Assembly: GCA_947476475.1 (NCBI GenBank)
Contig: CANJQT010000001.1
Span: 3,570 to 67,569 of the forward strand
Length of the DNA stretch: 64,000 bases
Origin: Paracoccaceae bacterium
GTDB taxonomy: Bacteria > Pseudomonadota > Alphaproteobacteria > Rhodobacterales > Rhodobacteraceae
Direction of reading: 5' to 3'
Shown: piece after piece, positions 48,164 through 58,368 of the stretch
Position numbering within the stretch: the first letter of the stretch is position 1
How the letters are laid out: each line of letters starts with the position of its first letter
Notes under the pieces: model-generated
What the model was told of the DNA's origin: nothing
The model's database searches: none
The model's input: only the letters and a program-made list of their open reading frames with translations
Position numbers and translations under genes: made by a program

Positions 48164-49108
48164 TCAGAAACCGCGCCAGCCCCGAACTTTGGTGTAAAGG
48201 CTGGGCATGTAGCTGAAGGCCAGTAGGATTGCTGCCCGTTTCGGGGTTGCGCGCGCTTTCAACAGCACGTGCAGGTAACGCCGCGCCAGTCGCGGGCGGT
48301 TGGCAAGGATCAGGAAGGCGGCTGCGTTGCCGTAGTGTTTGGCCAGATCTTGCGTGCTGTGACCCGCGCGCCGCAGCTTGCCGGTGATGTAGACATAGCT
48401 TTGCCGGGACAGGCGAGTGTCGTGCGAGATATGGTCGTTGCCATCCGCGCGGCGGGGCTTGTAGCTGAAGATGTAAAGCGGCTGGGGGATGAAGCCGAAG
48501 TTGCCCTGCTGGGTCAGGCGCAGGGTGAAATCCCAGTCAACATTGTTGCGCAGCCGTTCGTCGAAGCGGCCGGCGGCGAGGACTGCGTCGCGGCGTAAAA
48601 GCATGGTGGGCATGTCGATGAAATTGCCTTGCAGGGTCGCCCGAAACAGATCGCCGCTCAGCGGGGTGCGGTGGACGGGTGGCAAGGTGCGGGCATCCGC
48701 CAGAGCGCGTTCCGCCTCTGACGTATCGGTATGGGCGACAGAGGCGGTGTAGACGCCGATCAGATCGGGACTGTCCTGCAAGACACGCATCTGACGTTCG
48801 AACCGGTCGAACAGGCTGACATCGTCGCTGTCATGGAAGGCAACGAAATCACCCTTCACCGCATCAAGGCCGGTGTTGCGCGCCGCGGCCGCGCCGCCGT
48901 TTTGGGCACGCCGCACGACGCGGATCCGCGGATCGTTGAGGCTGGCCATCGCGGCGGCAATATCCTCGGTCGAACAATCGTCAGCCACTATGATGTCGAG
49001 GTTCCGGTAGCTTTGTGCGCAGATGGAACCGACAGCCCGCTTGAGTTTTTCGGTCCGATTGTAGACCGGTACAATGACACTTATCAAAGGCTGATTGTTC
49101 ACGCTCAC
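48164..49108 (-). CDS. Glycosyltransferase family 2
   Basis: LISVIVPVYNR, VADDCSTED, GAAAARNTG, FHDSDD, DWDFTLRL. GTG start is inferred. Confidence 0.9.
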   Translation of the reverse strand: MSVNNQPLISVIVPVYNRTEKLKRAVGSICAQSYRNLDIIVADDCSTEDIAAAMASLNDPRIRVVRRAQNGGAAAARNTGLDAVKGDFVAFHDSDDVSLFDRFERQMRVLQDSPDLIGVYTASVAHTDTSEAERALADARTLPPVHRTPLSGDLFRATLQGNFIDMPTMLLRRDAVLAAGRFDERLRNNVDWDFTLRLTQQGNFGFIPQPLYIFSYKPRRADGNDHISHDTRLSRQSYVYITGKLRRAGHSTQDLAKHYGNAAAFLILANRPRLARRYLHVLLKARATPKRAAILLAFSYMPSLYTKVRGWRGF

Positions 49109-49249
49109 ATCTGTCCTCAAGGCCTGGTCCAGCTGCACCCAAGGCGATTTGTTTTTATACTTGGCACGATGCCGGCAACAAGGCAAGGTCGGCGCCAAAC
49201 AGGAAGGTGGTTGGTTTTCCGCCTTAAAAACCAGTGATTGCAGGTTCAG

Positions 49250-51124
49250 ATGCTTCGTTCCTATCGCCTTTTGTGGCAAATGTTGACGGGCCGTGAAAGG
49301 CGCCAGTTCGTGCAGGTCCTGGCCCTGACGATGGTCATGGGGCTTTTTGAAGTGGCAAGCGTCGCGGGCATTCTGCCGTTCATGGCGGTACTTGCACGGC
49401 CAGAGGTGACCACGACGCAACCGTTCATCATCGCTTTCGCTGATCTTTTCGGCCTGTCCACGCCGCAAAGTGTGACGATCGGGCTGGGGGCGATGGTCTT
49501 TTCCGTGATCTTGGTGGGTATGGTTGTGCGCACCTTTGTGACCTACCGGCAGATGCACTTTTGCCTGATGCGTGGGGCGGCGATTGCCGGGCGATTGCTG
49601 AAAGGCTATCTGGCGCAGCCCTATGTCTGGTTTCTTAGCCGCAATACATCTGAATTCGGGCAGATGATCTTGTCGGAAACCGATGTGGTGATGCGCGAAA
49701 GCATCCTGCCGTCAGTTGTGCTGATGTCGAATGTTGTGGTCACGGTGATGATTTCGCTGGTGATTTTTGTCGTTCAGCCTTGGGTGGCGGTTGGGGCGAC
49801 GGGCCTGTTGTGCCTGGTCTACTTTGTGGTGTTCCGCTTGTTGCGCAAACCGCTGGACCGGATCAGCAAGCGGCGTTTGCAGGCCAATCGCCAGCTGTTC
49901 CAGATTGTCCAAGAGGTGATGGGCGGCATCAAGGAAGTGAAAGTCATGGGGCTGGAAGCCCGCAGTTTTGCGCGCTTTGAGCCGCCGTCGCATGTCTTGG
50001 CGCGGCAGCAGACACTTGGCCAGGTGGTCAGCAAGTTGCCGCGCTTTGCGTTGGAGGCGGTGGTTTACGGCGGCTTCATCCTGACGGTGCTGATCCTGAT
50101 GCTGGTGCGGGGTGACGACATCACCACGCTTTTGCCACTGCTGGGGCTGATCGGCATGGCGGGGACCAAGCTGTTCCCGTCGCTTCAGCAGATCTTCGTG
50201 CAGATGAGCGCGCTGAGGGGCTCGCAGGCCTCTTTGGCCAAGTTGCACGGCGCGTTGCTTTCGTTGCCGGCGGTCCCTGCGCCCGGCCCCGCGCCCGAGC
50301 CGTTGCCCCTGCGCCAGGGGATCGAACTGAAGGATTTGCGCTTTCGCTTTCCGGGCGGCGAAAATGACACGTTGTCGGGTCTGTCAACGTGGATCCCCGC
50401 GCGATCGACACTGGGCATTGTCGGCGGGACCGGCGCTGGCAAGACATCGCTTGTCGATATTGTCCTGGGGCTTTTGACGCCTGATGCGGGCTTGATCCTG
50501 GTGGACGGCGTCGCGCTGACGCAGGACAGGATGCGCGCCTGGCAGAAGGGGGTCGGCTATGTGCCCCAGCAGATATTCCTGACCGACGATACGGTTGCCG
50601 CGAACATCGCTTACGGGATTGCGCCCGAACTTGTTGACTTGGGCGCGGTGGAACGGGCGGCACGAACCGCCAATCTGCATGACTTCGTGATCAGCGATTT
50701 GCCGCAAGGTTACCTGACAATCGTCGGCGAACGCGGTGTGAGGCTTTCGGGCGGGCAGCGACAGCGGATAGGGATTGCGCGTGCGCTTTATCACGACCCG
50801 GAAGTGCTGATCCTGGATGAGGCGACATCGGCGCTGGACAACACCACCGAGCGGGCGGTGATGGAAGCAGTTCAGGCGCTGGGCCATAAGAAGACCATCC
50901 TTATGATCGCGCACCGGCTGAGCACGGTGCAGGCCTGCGACAAGATCCTGATGCTTGAACGCGGGCAGATCGTGGCCGAGGGAACCTATCAGGAGCTGCT
51001 GGATGGCCACGAGGGATTCCGTCACATGGCTTTCGGGGCGAATGCCGGCCCCCACGCCGTTGTTGACGGCGCAGCCGAGGCTACGTCGGTACGGCCCGGT
51101 CGCCCGGCGCGTGCAACACCTTAG
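49250..51124 (+). CDS. ABC exporter (TMD and NBD), PglK-like glycan/lipid flippase candidate
   Basis: GGTGAGKTS, LSGGQRQRIGIARALY, LILDEATSALD; divergent from the GT2 gene. Confidence 0.85.
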   Translation: MLRSYRLLWQMLTGRERRQFVQVLALTMVMGLFEVASVAGILPFMAVLARPEVTTTQPFIIAFADLFGLSTPQSVTIGLGAMVFSVILVGMVVRTFVTYRQMHFCLMRGAAIAGRLLKGYLAQPYVWFLSRNTSEFGQMILSETDVVMRESILPSVVLMSNVVVTVMISLVIFVVQPWVAVGATGLLCLVYFVVFRLLRKPLDRISKRRLQANRQLFQIVQEVMGGIKEVKVMGLEARSFARFEPPSHVLARQQTLGQVVSKLPRFALEAVVYGGFILTVLILMLVRGDDITTLLPLLGLIGMAGTKLFPSLQQIFVQMSALRGSQASLAKLHGALLSLPAVPAPGPAPEPLPLRQGIELKDLRFRFPGGENDTLSGLSTWIPARSTLGIVGGTGAGKTSLVDIVLGLLTPDAGLILVDGVALTQDRMRAWQKGVGYVPQQIFLTDDTVAANIAYGIAPELVDLGAVERAARTANLHDFVISDLPQGYLTIVGERGVRLSGGQRQRIGIARALYHDPEVLILDEATSALDNTTERAVMEAVQALGHKKTILMIAHRLSTVQACDKILMLERGQIVAEGTYQELLDGHEGFRHMAFGANAGPHAVVDGAAEATSVRPGRPARATP

Positions 51125-51139
51125 GCAGAACCCGTGCGG

Positions 51140-51658
51140 TCAGTTGTCCTGTCGTACGATATCGACGATCAGCACATCGGATACGGTCTTGCCCATGATC
51201 CCGCGTGCCGTTTCGAACAGGGCCGTGCGCAAGACTTCCATGTTGTTGGCATTGGTATATGCCCCTTCGAAACCGCCTGAATTGGCATGGTCAAACAGCA
51301 CCTGCAGGAAGGAATCGCGCAGCTTCGGTTCTATCTGAAAGGCCTTTTCGCTTTGCCCGATGCCGACTTCGAGGCTGATCGAAAGAATGACCAGCGAGTG
51401 AACCGAGCCCTGTTCAACGACCGGAACGATGAACTGATTGTTCAGCTTCACATATTCCTTTGTGGTTTCACCCTCGCTCGTCTCTTCGCCGTCCGCGTCG
51501 CCCATATCGGCGCCGGCTTCGGTCTGCCCGTCTTGTGGCACCTCTCCGCAGGGGCCGGGCGCCGCCTGCCCCTCTGGGTCAGGGCGCAGGGCGATCCCAA
51601 GGCCAAGGCCCCCGCCAAGGCCGATCAGGGCAAGCACAAGCGGCAGAAGTTTGCGCAT
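51140..51658 (-). CDS. fliL: Flagellar basal body-associated FliL family protein
   Basis: TM helix, YVKLNNQFIVPVV, PKLRDSFLQVL, follows flgH. Confidence 0.8.
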   Translation of the reverse strand: MRKLLPLVLALIGLGGGLGLGIALRPDPEGQAAPGPCGEVPQDGQTEAGADMGDADGEETSEGETTKEYVKLNNQFIVPVVEQGSVHSLVILSISLEVGIGQSEKAFQIEPKLRDSFLQVLFDHANSGGFEGAYTNANNMEVLRTALFETARGIMGKTVSDVLIVDIVRQDN

Positions 51659-51670
51659 CACGACCTCTGC

Positions 51671-52393
51671 TTAATAGGGGAGGATGATGTCGGCGATCTG
51701 TTGGCCATAGCGCGGTTGCTGGACCGCACTGATCTGGCCGCGCCCGCCGTATGAAATCCGCGCCCCGGCGATCTTGTCATAGGGGATCTCGTTCTGGCGG
51801 GTGATGTCTTCGGGGCGAACGAAGCCGGACACCAGAAGCTCGCGGATTTCGAAATTGACCCGCACTTCTTGCGACCCCGAAATACGCAGCACCCCGTTTG
51901 GCAGCGCTTCGGTGATGGTCGCGGCCAGTCTGAGTGTCAGCTTTTCCTTGCGCTGCACTGACCCGTCGCCCTGATAGCTGGAACTGGATTTCGCGTTCAC
52001 CGCATCGGCGGTGCTGGCCCCATCGGGCAGCATCGTGTCCACCGCCTGCGGCGCACCAAGCAGGGACGGGATCCCCATCTTGTCGGACGAGGAGCGTTTT
52101 CGCCCGCTGGAGTTCGAGATTTCGGCCTTGTCATCAATTTCGATCACAACGGTCAGGATATCGCCGCGTTGGGCGGCCCGCCGGTCGCCCAGAAGCGAGG
52201 AACGCGCGCCCGACCAAAGCGATGCGGTTCCCGTCGGCCCGCTGCGGCTGCGGTAGGGCAGGCCTGCGCTGGTCATGGCGTAATATTCGTCGCCGTTTTC
52301 GGGCGCGCTGAAGGCAGGGGCCTTGCCGACCTCCTGCAACCGGGTGCAGGCGGCGAGTGCGGCAAGAAGCGCGAGTGTCAGAAATTGCTTCAC
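51671..52393 (-). CDS. flgH: Flagellar L-ring protein
   Basis: Lipobox ALAAC, SLLGDRRA...GDILTV, GSQEVRVN, ARISYGGRG. Confidence 0.92.
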   Translation of the reverse strand: MKQFLTLALLAALAACTRLQEVGKAPAFSAPENGDEYYAMTSAGLPYRSRSGPTGTASLWSGARSSLLGDRRAAQRGDILTVVIEIDDKAEISNSSGRKRSSSDKMGIPSLLGAPQAVDTMLPDGASTADAVNAKSSSSYQGDGSVQRKEKLTLRLAATITEALPNGVLRISGSQEVRVNFEIRELLVSGFVRPEDITRQNEIPYDKIAGARISYGGRGQISAVQQPRYGQQIADIILPY

Positions 52394-52406
52394 ATCGGTC
52401 ACTTTC

Positions 52407-52823
52407 TCAGGGTTGGACAAGCACGGTTCCGTCCGGGGCAATGGTGCCCGAAAGGCTGCTGCGCGAACTGGTGTTCATCACCCGGATCACGTCGCCGGTG
52501 CCGCCACGGGCCAGTGCGCGACCTTCTGCGGCAATCGTGACCCCGACGCTGCGATAGACGAGGGTGACCAACTGGTTGCGATCAACGCTGGCACTTGGGC
52601 CAAGCTGATCGGGCCGGATCGGGCGGCCCTGGTAAAGCGTCACCCGCGCCTCAAGCCCGATGACGGTGGCGGGGTCGCTGGCCGCACCGGGCAGCGCATT
52701 CGAAACCAGGCTGATATCTTCGGCCGACAGAACGCTGTGGGCGCGGATGGTGCGGGCCGCTACGATACTGTCGGCGAAGGCCGCAGGCGGGGGCAGCGCA
52801 AGAAGCAGCCAGAGCGCGCGCAT
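52407..52823 (-). CDS. flgA: Flagellar P-ring chaperone
   Basis: SAF domain, VDRNQLV, GRALARG.GDVIRVMN. Confidence 0.9.
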   Translation of the reverse strand: MRALWLLLALPPPAAFADSIVAARTIRAHSVLSAEDISLVSNALPGAASDPATVIGLEARVTLYQGRPIRPDQLGPSASVDRNQLVTLVYRSVGVTIAAEGRALARGGTGDVIRVMNTSSRSSLSGTIAPDGTVLVQP

Positions 52824-53608
52824 CAGCGGATCTGCGTGGTTGCGCCGAGCATCTGGTCGGCAGCGGTGATGACCTTGGCGTTCATCTCGTAGCCGCGCTG
52901 GGCTTCGATCAGGTCGGTGATTTCGCGCACGGCGTCGACGGAACTTCCTTCCAGAAAGAACTGGCGGAGGCTGCCCAGGCCATTTTCGCCCGGCGCCGCC
53001 ACCTGCGCCGGACCCGAGGCCGCGGTTTCCAGAAACAGGTTCGATCCGGTCGCCTGCAGGCCCTTTTCGTTGGTAAAGCCTGCCAGCGTGATCTGGCCAA
53101 GAAGTTGCGGGGTCACCTGGCCGTCAAAGCTGGCATAGATTTCCCCCGAGGGGTTGATGGTGATCAGTTTCGTTTCCTCTGGGATGGTGATGCCGGGGGC
53201 GACTGCGTAACCTTCAGAGGTAACAATCTGACCGTCGGGTGACCGTTTCAGCGCCCCATCGCGGGTGAATGCCGACTGGCCTGAAGGCAACGTCACCTCG
53301 AAATAGCCGGACCCTTCGATGGCGATATCCAGATCACCACCGGTCGAGGCGAGCGACCCCTGAGAGATGTTGACCGAAACCGCCGCGGCCCGGACCCCAA
53401 GCCCGAGTTGGATGCCGGTGGGCACCACGGTGCCGTCGGTGGCATTGATGGCACCGGGGCTGGTGATCTGCTGATAATGCAGGTCTGCGAATTCGGCGCG
53501 CCGGGCGTTGTAGCCGGTCGTCGACATGTTGGCGAGGTTGTTGGAAATGACCTCGACCCGCATTTGCTGGGCGCTCATTCCGGTGGCGGCGATCTGCAGG
53601 GCGCGCAT
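52823..53608 (-). CDS. flgG: Flagellar distal rod protein
   Basis: SNNLANMSTTGY, LEGSSVDAVREITDLIEAQRGYE. Confidence 0.95.
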   Translation of the reverse strand: MRALQIAATGMSAQQMRVEVISNNLANMSTTGYNARRAEFADLHYQQITSPGAINATDGTVVPTGIQLGLGVRAAAVSVNISQGSLASTGGDLDIAIEGSGYFEVTLPSGQSAFTRDGALKRSPDGQIVTSEGYAVAPGITIPEETKLITINPSGEIYASFDGQVTPQLLGQITLAGFTNEKGLQATGSNLFLETAASGPAQVAAPGENGLGSLRQFFLEGSSVDAVREITDLIEAQRGYEMNAKVITAADQMLGATTQIR

Positions 53609-53619
53609 GCTGGATTCTC

Positions 53620-54336
53620 CTAGCGGCCAAGGGTCTGGGTGACAGACCGGATGCGGTTGTCTTCGGCGTCAAGAAAGCCCTGACCCATTTCATAGGCGCG
53701 CTGGACGGCGATCATGCGGGTGATTTCTTCGACCGGGTTGACGTTTGATCCTTCGAGGAAGCCCTGAAAAACGCTGCCCCCTTCCATCGGTTGCGGGGCG
53801 GCGCGGGTCGAAAAGCGGGTGCCACCCACATGGGTCAGGTCAGTGGGGTCGGCAGGCAGGAACAGGCCGACCTGCGCAAGTGGCTGACCGGCCGCCGACA
53901 GGGTGCCATCCTGCGCCAGTTTCACCGGACCCGCCTCTGGCGGCACCGTGATCGGCCCGCCGCCTTCGTCCAGAAGGCGGAAGCCTTCTGCCGTCACCAC
54001 CTCGCCCTCGGGCGAACGGGTGAAGGAACCGGCGCGGGTCAGTTGGTTGCCATCGGGGGTCGCGATCTGGAAAAACCCCTCGCCCTCGATGGCGAAATCG
54101 AAAATGCCGCCGGTTTGTTGCAGCACGCCTTGCGCCAGATTGATCGCGCGACCTTCTGCCGATGCCATCGACAGCGATGGTTCCTGCCCGCCCAGATCGG
54201 CCACATGTTCGGCAAACAGGATCCCCTCGCGGCGAAAGCCGGTGGTGGACATGTTGGCGATGTTGTTGGCCACCGCCTGCATTTCCTGCATCAGGCCCGA
54301 CTGGCGGTTGAGGGTGGTGTAAAGGGCATTGTCCAT
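53620..54336 (-). CDS. flgF: Flagellar proximal rod protein
   Basis: VANNIANMSTTGFRRE, LEGSNVNPVEEIT; upstream of flgG. Confidence 0.9.
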   Translation of the reverse strand: MDNALYTTLNRQSGLMQEMQAVANNIANMSTTGFRREGILFAEHVADLGGQEPSLSMASAEGRAINLAQGVLQQTGGIFDFAIEGEGFFQIATPDGNQLTRAGSFTRSPEGEVVTAEGFRLLDEGGGPITVPPEAGPVKLAQDGTLSAAGQPLAQVGLFLPADPTDLTHVGGTRFSTRAAPQPMEGGSVFQGFLEGSNVNPVEEITRMIAVQRAYEMGQGFLDAEDNRIRSVTQTLGR

Positions 54337-54339
54337 GGC

Positions 54340-54609
54340 CTAGCTTCCCGCGATCAGGGGAATGATACGGTCGGTGAAGAAGGCGACCAGCGTCCCGGAC
54401 ATGAAGCTCATCGACACCCAGAAGACGACCATCATCGCGCCGACCTTGGGCACGAAGGTAAGGGTCATTTCCTGAATCGAGGTCAGCGCCTGAAACAGGC
54501 CAATCGCCAGGCCGGCGACCAGCGCCACAGCCAGCATCGGGGCCGAAATCGTGACGGCTATCCACAGCCCCTGACGGAGCGTGTCGAAGAACAAGACCTC
54601 GTGCATCAT
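54340..54609 (-). CDS. fliQ: Flagellar export protein
   Basis: GLFQALTSIQEMTLTFVPK. Confidence 0.93.
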   Translation of the reverse strand: MMHEVLFFDTLRQGLWIAVTISAPMLAVALVAGLAIGLFQALTSIQEMTLTFVPKVGAMMVVFWVSMSFMSGTLVAFFTDRIIPLIAGS

Positions 54610-54628
54610 CTGTCCTCACAATCCGTCT

Positions 54629-54919
54629 TCAGACCGGCATCCGCAGGATTTCCTGATAGGCTTCCACCACCTTGTCGCGCAGCGTCACCGCGGTTTCGAC
54701 CGCGAGTTGCGAAGTTGCCAGCGCCTGAACCAGCGCATTGGGGTCGGCAGACCCGGTCATCGCCGCCCGGGCGGTATCCTCCCCGGCCTTCAGCGTATCG
54801 GCGAAGCTGCCCAGCAGCGCGCCGAACCCGCCCCCCGCCGCATCCGCTTGTGGTGCCGGGGCGGTTGCGGGGCGGGCCTTGGCGTAGGTCAGAGAGGCGA
54901 GTGTGCTTCGCACGTCCAT
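54629..54919 (-). CDS. fliE: Flagellar hook-basal body protein
   Basis: LRDKVVEAYQEILRMPV. Confidence 0.93.
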   Translation of the reverse strand: MDVRSTLASLTYAKARPATAPAPQADAAGGGFGALLGSFADTLKAGEDTARAAMTGSADPNALVQALATSQLAVETAVTLRDKVVEAYQEILRMPV

Positions 54920-54932
54920 TCCGGATCACCCC

Positions 54933-55325
54933 CTATTTGCGCAAAAGATCGAGCAAGCTTTGCGACATTTGCCGGGCCTGATCGAACAGTTTGAGGTTCG
55001 CCTCGTAGCTGCGCTGCGCTTCGCGCGCGTCGGCAATTTCAACGACCATGTCGACGTTTGATCCGTCGTAATAGCCGTTGCCATTGGCCAGCGGATTGCC
55101 CGGATCGTAGATGCGGGTCAGGTCCGAAGGGTCGAGTTCGACATCGCCAAGCGCCACGCGACCGCTGCTTTTGCCGCCATCGACCACCGCCTCGAATGGC
55201 GCGGTCTTGCGGTGATAGCCGGGGGTATCGGCATTGGCGATATTTTCCGAAATATAGCGCAGGCGCATCGACTGCGCCTCCATCCCCGAGGAGGCGACCG
55301 AGAGGGTGCCGAGAAGTTCGCCCAT
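54933..55325 (-). CDS. flgC: Flagellar basal body rod protein
   Basis: SENIANADTPGY, YDPGNPLA, SYEANL. Confidence 0.93.
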   Translation of the reverse strand: MGELLGTLSVASSGMEAQSMRLRYISENIANADTPGYHRKTAPFEAVVDGGKSSGRVALGDVELDPSDLTRIYDPGNPLANGNGYYDGSNVDMVVEIADAREAQRSYEANLKLFDQARQMSQSLLDLLRK

Positions 55326-55336
55326 ATTTGCCCTCC

Positions 55337-55723
55337 TTACCGGCGACCAAGGCTGGTGCGCAAAAGGCCCAGCGAGGTGCGATAAATGGTCAGCGCCAGA
55401 TCATGATCCTGGCGCACACCAGCGGCGGCGAGCATTTCATTCTCGAGCGAGACGTTGTTGCCATTGGGCGACATATGGCCACTCGCACGGTCCGAAACGG
55501 CGGTCAGCATCTGGCCGGAAAAGCCGTTATGATGGCCGGGCCGGGTGGTGCGCAGTGGCAGTCCGGATGCGGCGAGGTAGCTGTCCTGAAAGGGTTGCGC
55601 GTCCCGGGCGTGGTAGCCGGGCGTATCGGCATTTGCGACATTCTGCGCGATGGCCGTCAGGCGGGCAGAGGCATTTGCTGCAAGGGCGGATGCCATTCCC
55701 AAAACCTCTGGTCTGTCAAACAT
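55337..55723 (-). CDS. flgB: Flagellar basal body rod protein
   Basis: NVANADTPGY, PNGNNVSLE.EM. Confidence 0.92.
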   Translation of the reverse strand: MFDRPEVLGMASALAANASARLTAIAQNVANADTPGYHARDAQPFQDSYLAASGLPLRTTRPGHHNGFSGQMLTAVSDRASGHMSPNGNNVSLENEMLAAAGVRQDHDLALTIYRTSLGLLRTSLGRR

Positions 55724-55744
55724 CGGGGCTTCTCCTCCGAACTC

Positions 55745-55759
55745 TCAATCAAGCTTTAA
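55745..55759. promoter_or_regulatory. Near-consensus CtrA box between divergent flgB and fliI
   Basis: TCAA-TCAAGCT-TTAA (one mismatch). Confidence 0.55.
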
Positions 55760-55805
55760 GAGTGATTCCTTTAGAAAGGGTAATGAGGAACAAAAGGAGG
55801 TCAGA

Positions 55806-57146
55806 ATGACCGAAGCCGCGTTCGATTTTCTGCGGGCAGAGATTGCCGATTGCCAGGTCGCACGCCCGCTGGCCCGGGTGACCGAGGTTGGGCGTGGGCT
55901 GTTGCGCATCATCGGGGCCGGGGCGGATTGGGGCATGGGCGACCGGGTTCTGGCAGGCACGGCACCCGCCGCGCTGGGCGGAGAGATCGTGGCGCTGGAC
56001 GGGCAAGGCGCGACGGTGCTGACCGACGAGGCACCAGAGGGCATCCGGCTGGGCGACCCGGTCGAACGTGCCGTGTCAGCCTGCATTGCCCCCCATGACA
56101 GTTGGCTGGGCCGGGTGATCGACCCGTTCGGGCGGCCGCTGGACGGGCGGCCGCTTATCCGTGGCACCTTTGCGCGGCCCTTGCGCGCGGCCCCGCCACC
56201 GCCTGCAGTTCGGCGGCGTCTGGGTGCGCGGTTGGAAACCGGGTTGCGGGTCTTCAACACCCTGCTGCCGTTGGTGCGCGGGCAAAGGATCGGCCTTTTT
56301 GCCGGGTCAGGTGTGGGCAAATCGACGCTTTTGTCGCAGTTCGCCCGACATGTCGCGGCGGATGTGATCGTCATTGCCCTGATCGGCGAACGCGGGCGCG
56401 AGCTGCGGGAATTCGTCGAGGATGTTCTGGGGCCGGACGGGATGGCGCGCAGCGTGGTGGTGGCGGCCACTTCAGACCAGTCGGCGCTAATCCGGCGGCG
56501 CTGCGCCTGGGCGGCGATGGCGGTGGCCGAACGGTTCCGTGATCAGGGAAAGCAGGTGCTGTTTCTGGCCGATTCGGTGACCCGGCTGGCCGAGGCCCAC
56601 CGCGAAGTGGCGCTGGCGGCGGGCGAGCCACCATCGTTGCGCGGCTATCCGCCCTCGACCGCGCATCTGATCATGGCGCTGGCGGAACGGGCGGGGCCGG
56701 GGCCAGAAGGGGCAGGGGATATTTCGGCGGTGTTTTCGGTGCTGGTGGCGGGGTCCGACATGGACGAGCCGGTGGCAGATATCCTGCGCGGGGTGCTGGA
56801 TGGCCATGTGGTGATGGACCGCGATATCGCCGAACGCGGGCGCTATCCGGCGATCAATCTGTTGCGGTCGGTGTCGCGATCGCTGCCCGCAGCGGCGGAC
56901 GAGGCCGAAAACCGGCTGATCGGCCGGGCGCGGCGGCTTCTGGGTGCCTACGACAGGGCGGAGATGATGATTCAGGCCGGGCTTTATGTTGCGGGGTCCG
57001 ATCCGCTGGTGGATGCAGCCATCAGAGTCTGGCCGCAGCTGGATGCCTTTCTGTCCGAGGCCGAGCCGGATGGGGTAGGGGCCAGCTTCGCCCGGTTGGC
57101 CGAGATATTGGCACGGTCAGAGGAGGGTCCTGCCTATCAGACGTAA
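55806..57146 (+). CDS. fliI: Flagellar export ATPase
   Basis: FAGSGVGKST, LIGERGRE, DSVTRLAEA, LDGHVVMDR.IA..GRYPAI. Confidence 0.94.
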   Translation: MTEAAFDFLRAEIADCQVARPLARVTEVGRGLLRIIGAGADWGMGDRVLAGTAPAALGGEIVALDGQGATVLTDEAPEGIRLGDPVERAVSACIAPHDSWLGRVIDPFGRPLDGRPLIRGTFARPLRAAPPPPAVRRRLGARLETGLRVFNTLLPLVRGQRIGLFAGSGVGKSTLLSQFARHVAADVIVIALIGERGRELREFVEDVLGPDGMARSVVVAATSDQSALIRRRCAWAAMAVAERFRDQGKQVLFLADSVTRLAEAHREVALAAGEPPSLRGYPPSTAHLIMALAERAGPGPEGAGDISAVFSVLVAGSDMDEPVADILRGVLDGHVVMDRDIAERGRYPAINLLRSVSRSLPAAADEAENRLIGRARRLLGAYDRAEMMIQAGLYVAGSDPLVDAAIRVWPQLDAFLSEAEPDGVGASFARLAEILARSEEGPAYQT

Positions 57147-57970
57147 CGCGACAGAACCGCGGGCGAGAGACCTTCGCGCTGCCGGGAGCGATCCAGAAGG
57201 CTGAGTGCCGTGGAATTGGTGTTGATCACGCCAGATTGCGCCTGCGACCGGACAAGGAAAAGCCTGATCAGCTTTTCGGCCTTTTCCGGGTCTTTGAACT
57301 GGCTGACATCCGGTGATCCGAACAAGCTTTCGGCGCGGGTTTTCAGGACGGCAAGCTGCTTGTCGATGTCGGCCCCGGCAAAGCTGGAGGGCAGGCCGAA
57401 GGCGGTTTGCAGAACCGACCGCAAGGGCGGTGAACCAAGGGCAGTGAACCATTTTCCATCGGGCGACAGCGTCTTTACAGCAATGGCGCCCAGCTCGCGG
57501 CGCGCATTCAGTGCCAGACGCATGTCGCCATTGGCCGAACCCACGGCGGCTTCGAACTTGCGGGTCTGATAGGCAGTCAGGATCTTGTCGGCGAAATCCG
57601 ACCTTTGGGTATTGGGGACCGGAAAATCGCCAAAGCCGAAGGCAGCGGAAAATTCCAGATAACGCTTGTCGGCCAGCCGGTTGCCGAGTGCGGACGGGTC
57701 GAATGTGCCGTCGGTAAGGATCTTTTTCAGGAAGGCCTTGTTCTTGATGTCGCCCTCAAGCCCGTAGGCGGTGAGGGCGACAGACAAAAGCCGGCGGTCC
57801 GCGATCAGATCCTCGGCCGTGGAAATCTGGCCGATCCGGTCGCGGAAATAGGCCTCGTCCCGTTGCAGGGCTGGGTCGGCGGCGAAGGCTTTTTTCTGTG
57901 CCGCCATCGTGCGGTTCAGAAGAGACCAAGCCCCGTAGCCGCCCGAAGGGACAACCGGTGCAAAACTCAT
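57137..57970 (-). CDS. DUF1217 family flagellar-cluster protein
   Basis: YFRDRIGQI..AEDLIADRRLL.VAL.AYGLE, DKRYLEF; typical position after flbT. Confidence 0.85.
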   Translation of the reverse strand: MSFAPVVPSGGYGAWSLLNRTMAAQKKAFAADPALQRDEAYFRDRIGQISTAEDLIADRRLLSVALTAYGLEGDIKNKAFLKKILTDGTFDPSALGNRLADKRYLEFSAAFGFGDFPVPNTQRSDFADKILTAYQTRKFEAAVGSANGDMRLALNARRELGAIAVKTLSPDGKWFTALGSPPLRSVLQTAFGLPSSFAGADIDKQLAVLKTRAESLFGSPDVSQFKDPEKAEKLIRLFLVRSQAQSGVINTNSTALSLLDRSRQREGLSPAVLSRYV

Positions 57971-58368
57971 GATCCGGTGGCCAGAAGGCGCGCCTCGCGC
58001 GGAAGCAGGGTGCGAAGTGCCTTGAGTGCCTGATAGAACTGGTCGTCCAGCAGTGCCTCGGTCACGGCGGCAAGCTGGGCGCGGCTGTCATGGTCGGTCA
58101 GCGCCAATGAAAGTTGTTCGACCCCGCGCATCAGTTGCAGCCGCGCCTCGTCAGGTTTGGCGTCGCCCGACAGGACCAACTGCGCGATGTAGCAAACGCG
58201 GCGCACGGGGGTATTCACTTCTTCGGGGTGGATGGCGTCGCGCAGGCGCAGGATGTTGGCGTTGGGGGTCAGGATTGCAAGTCGCGTGCGCTTGTCGCCG
58301 TTTTCGATCACCGCGCCATTGACCAGCACGCGTTCGTGGGGGGCAAGTTTCAGAACCAGTCCGCTCAT
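57967..58368 (-). CDS. flbT: Flagellin translation regulator FlbT
   Basis: LVLKLAPHERVLVNGAVIENG. Confidence 0.92.
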   Translation of the reverse strand: MSGLVLKLAPHERVLVNGAVIENGDKRTRLAILTPNANILRLRDAIHPEEVNTPVRRVCYIAQLVLSGDAKPDEARLQLMRGVEQLSLALTDHDSRAQLAAVTEALLDDQFYQALKALRTLLPREARLLATGS

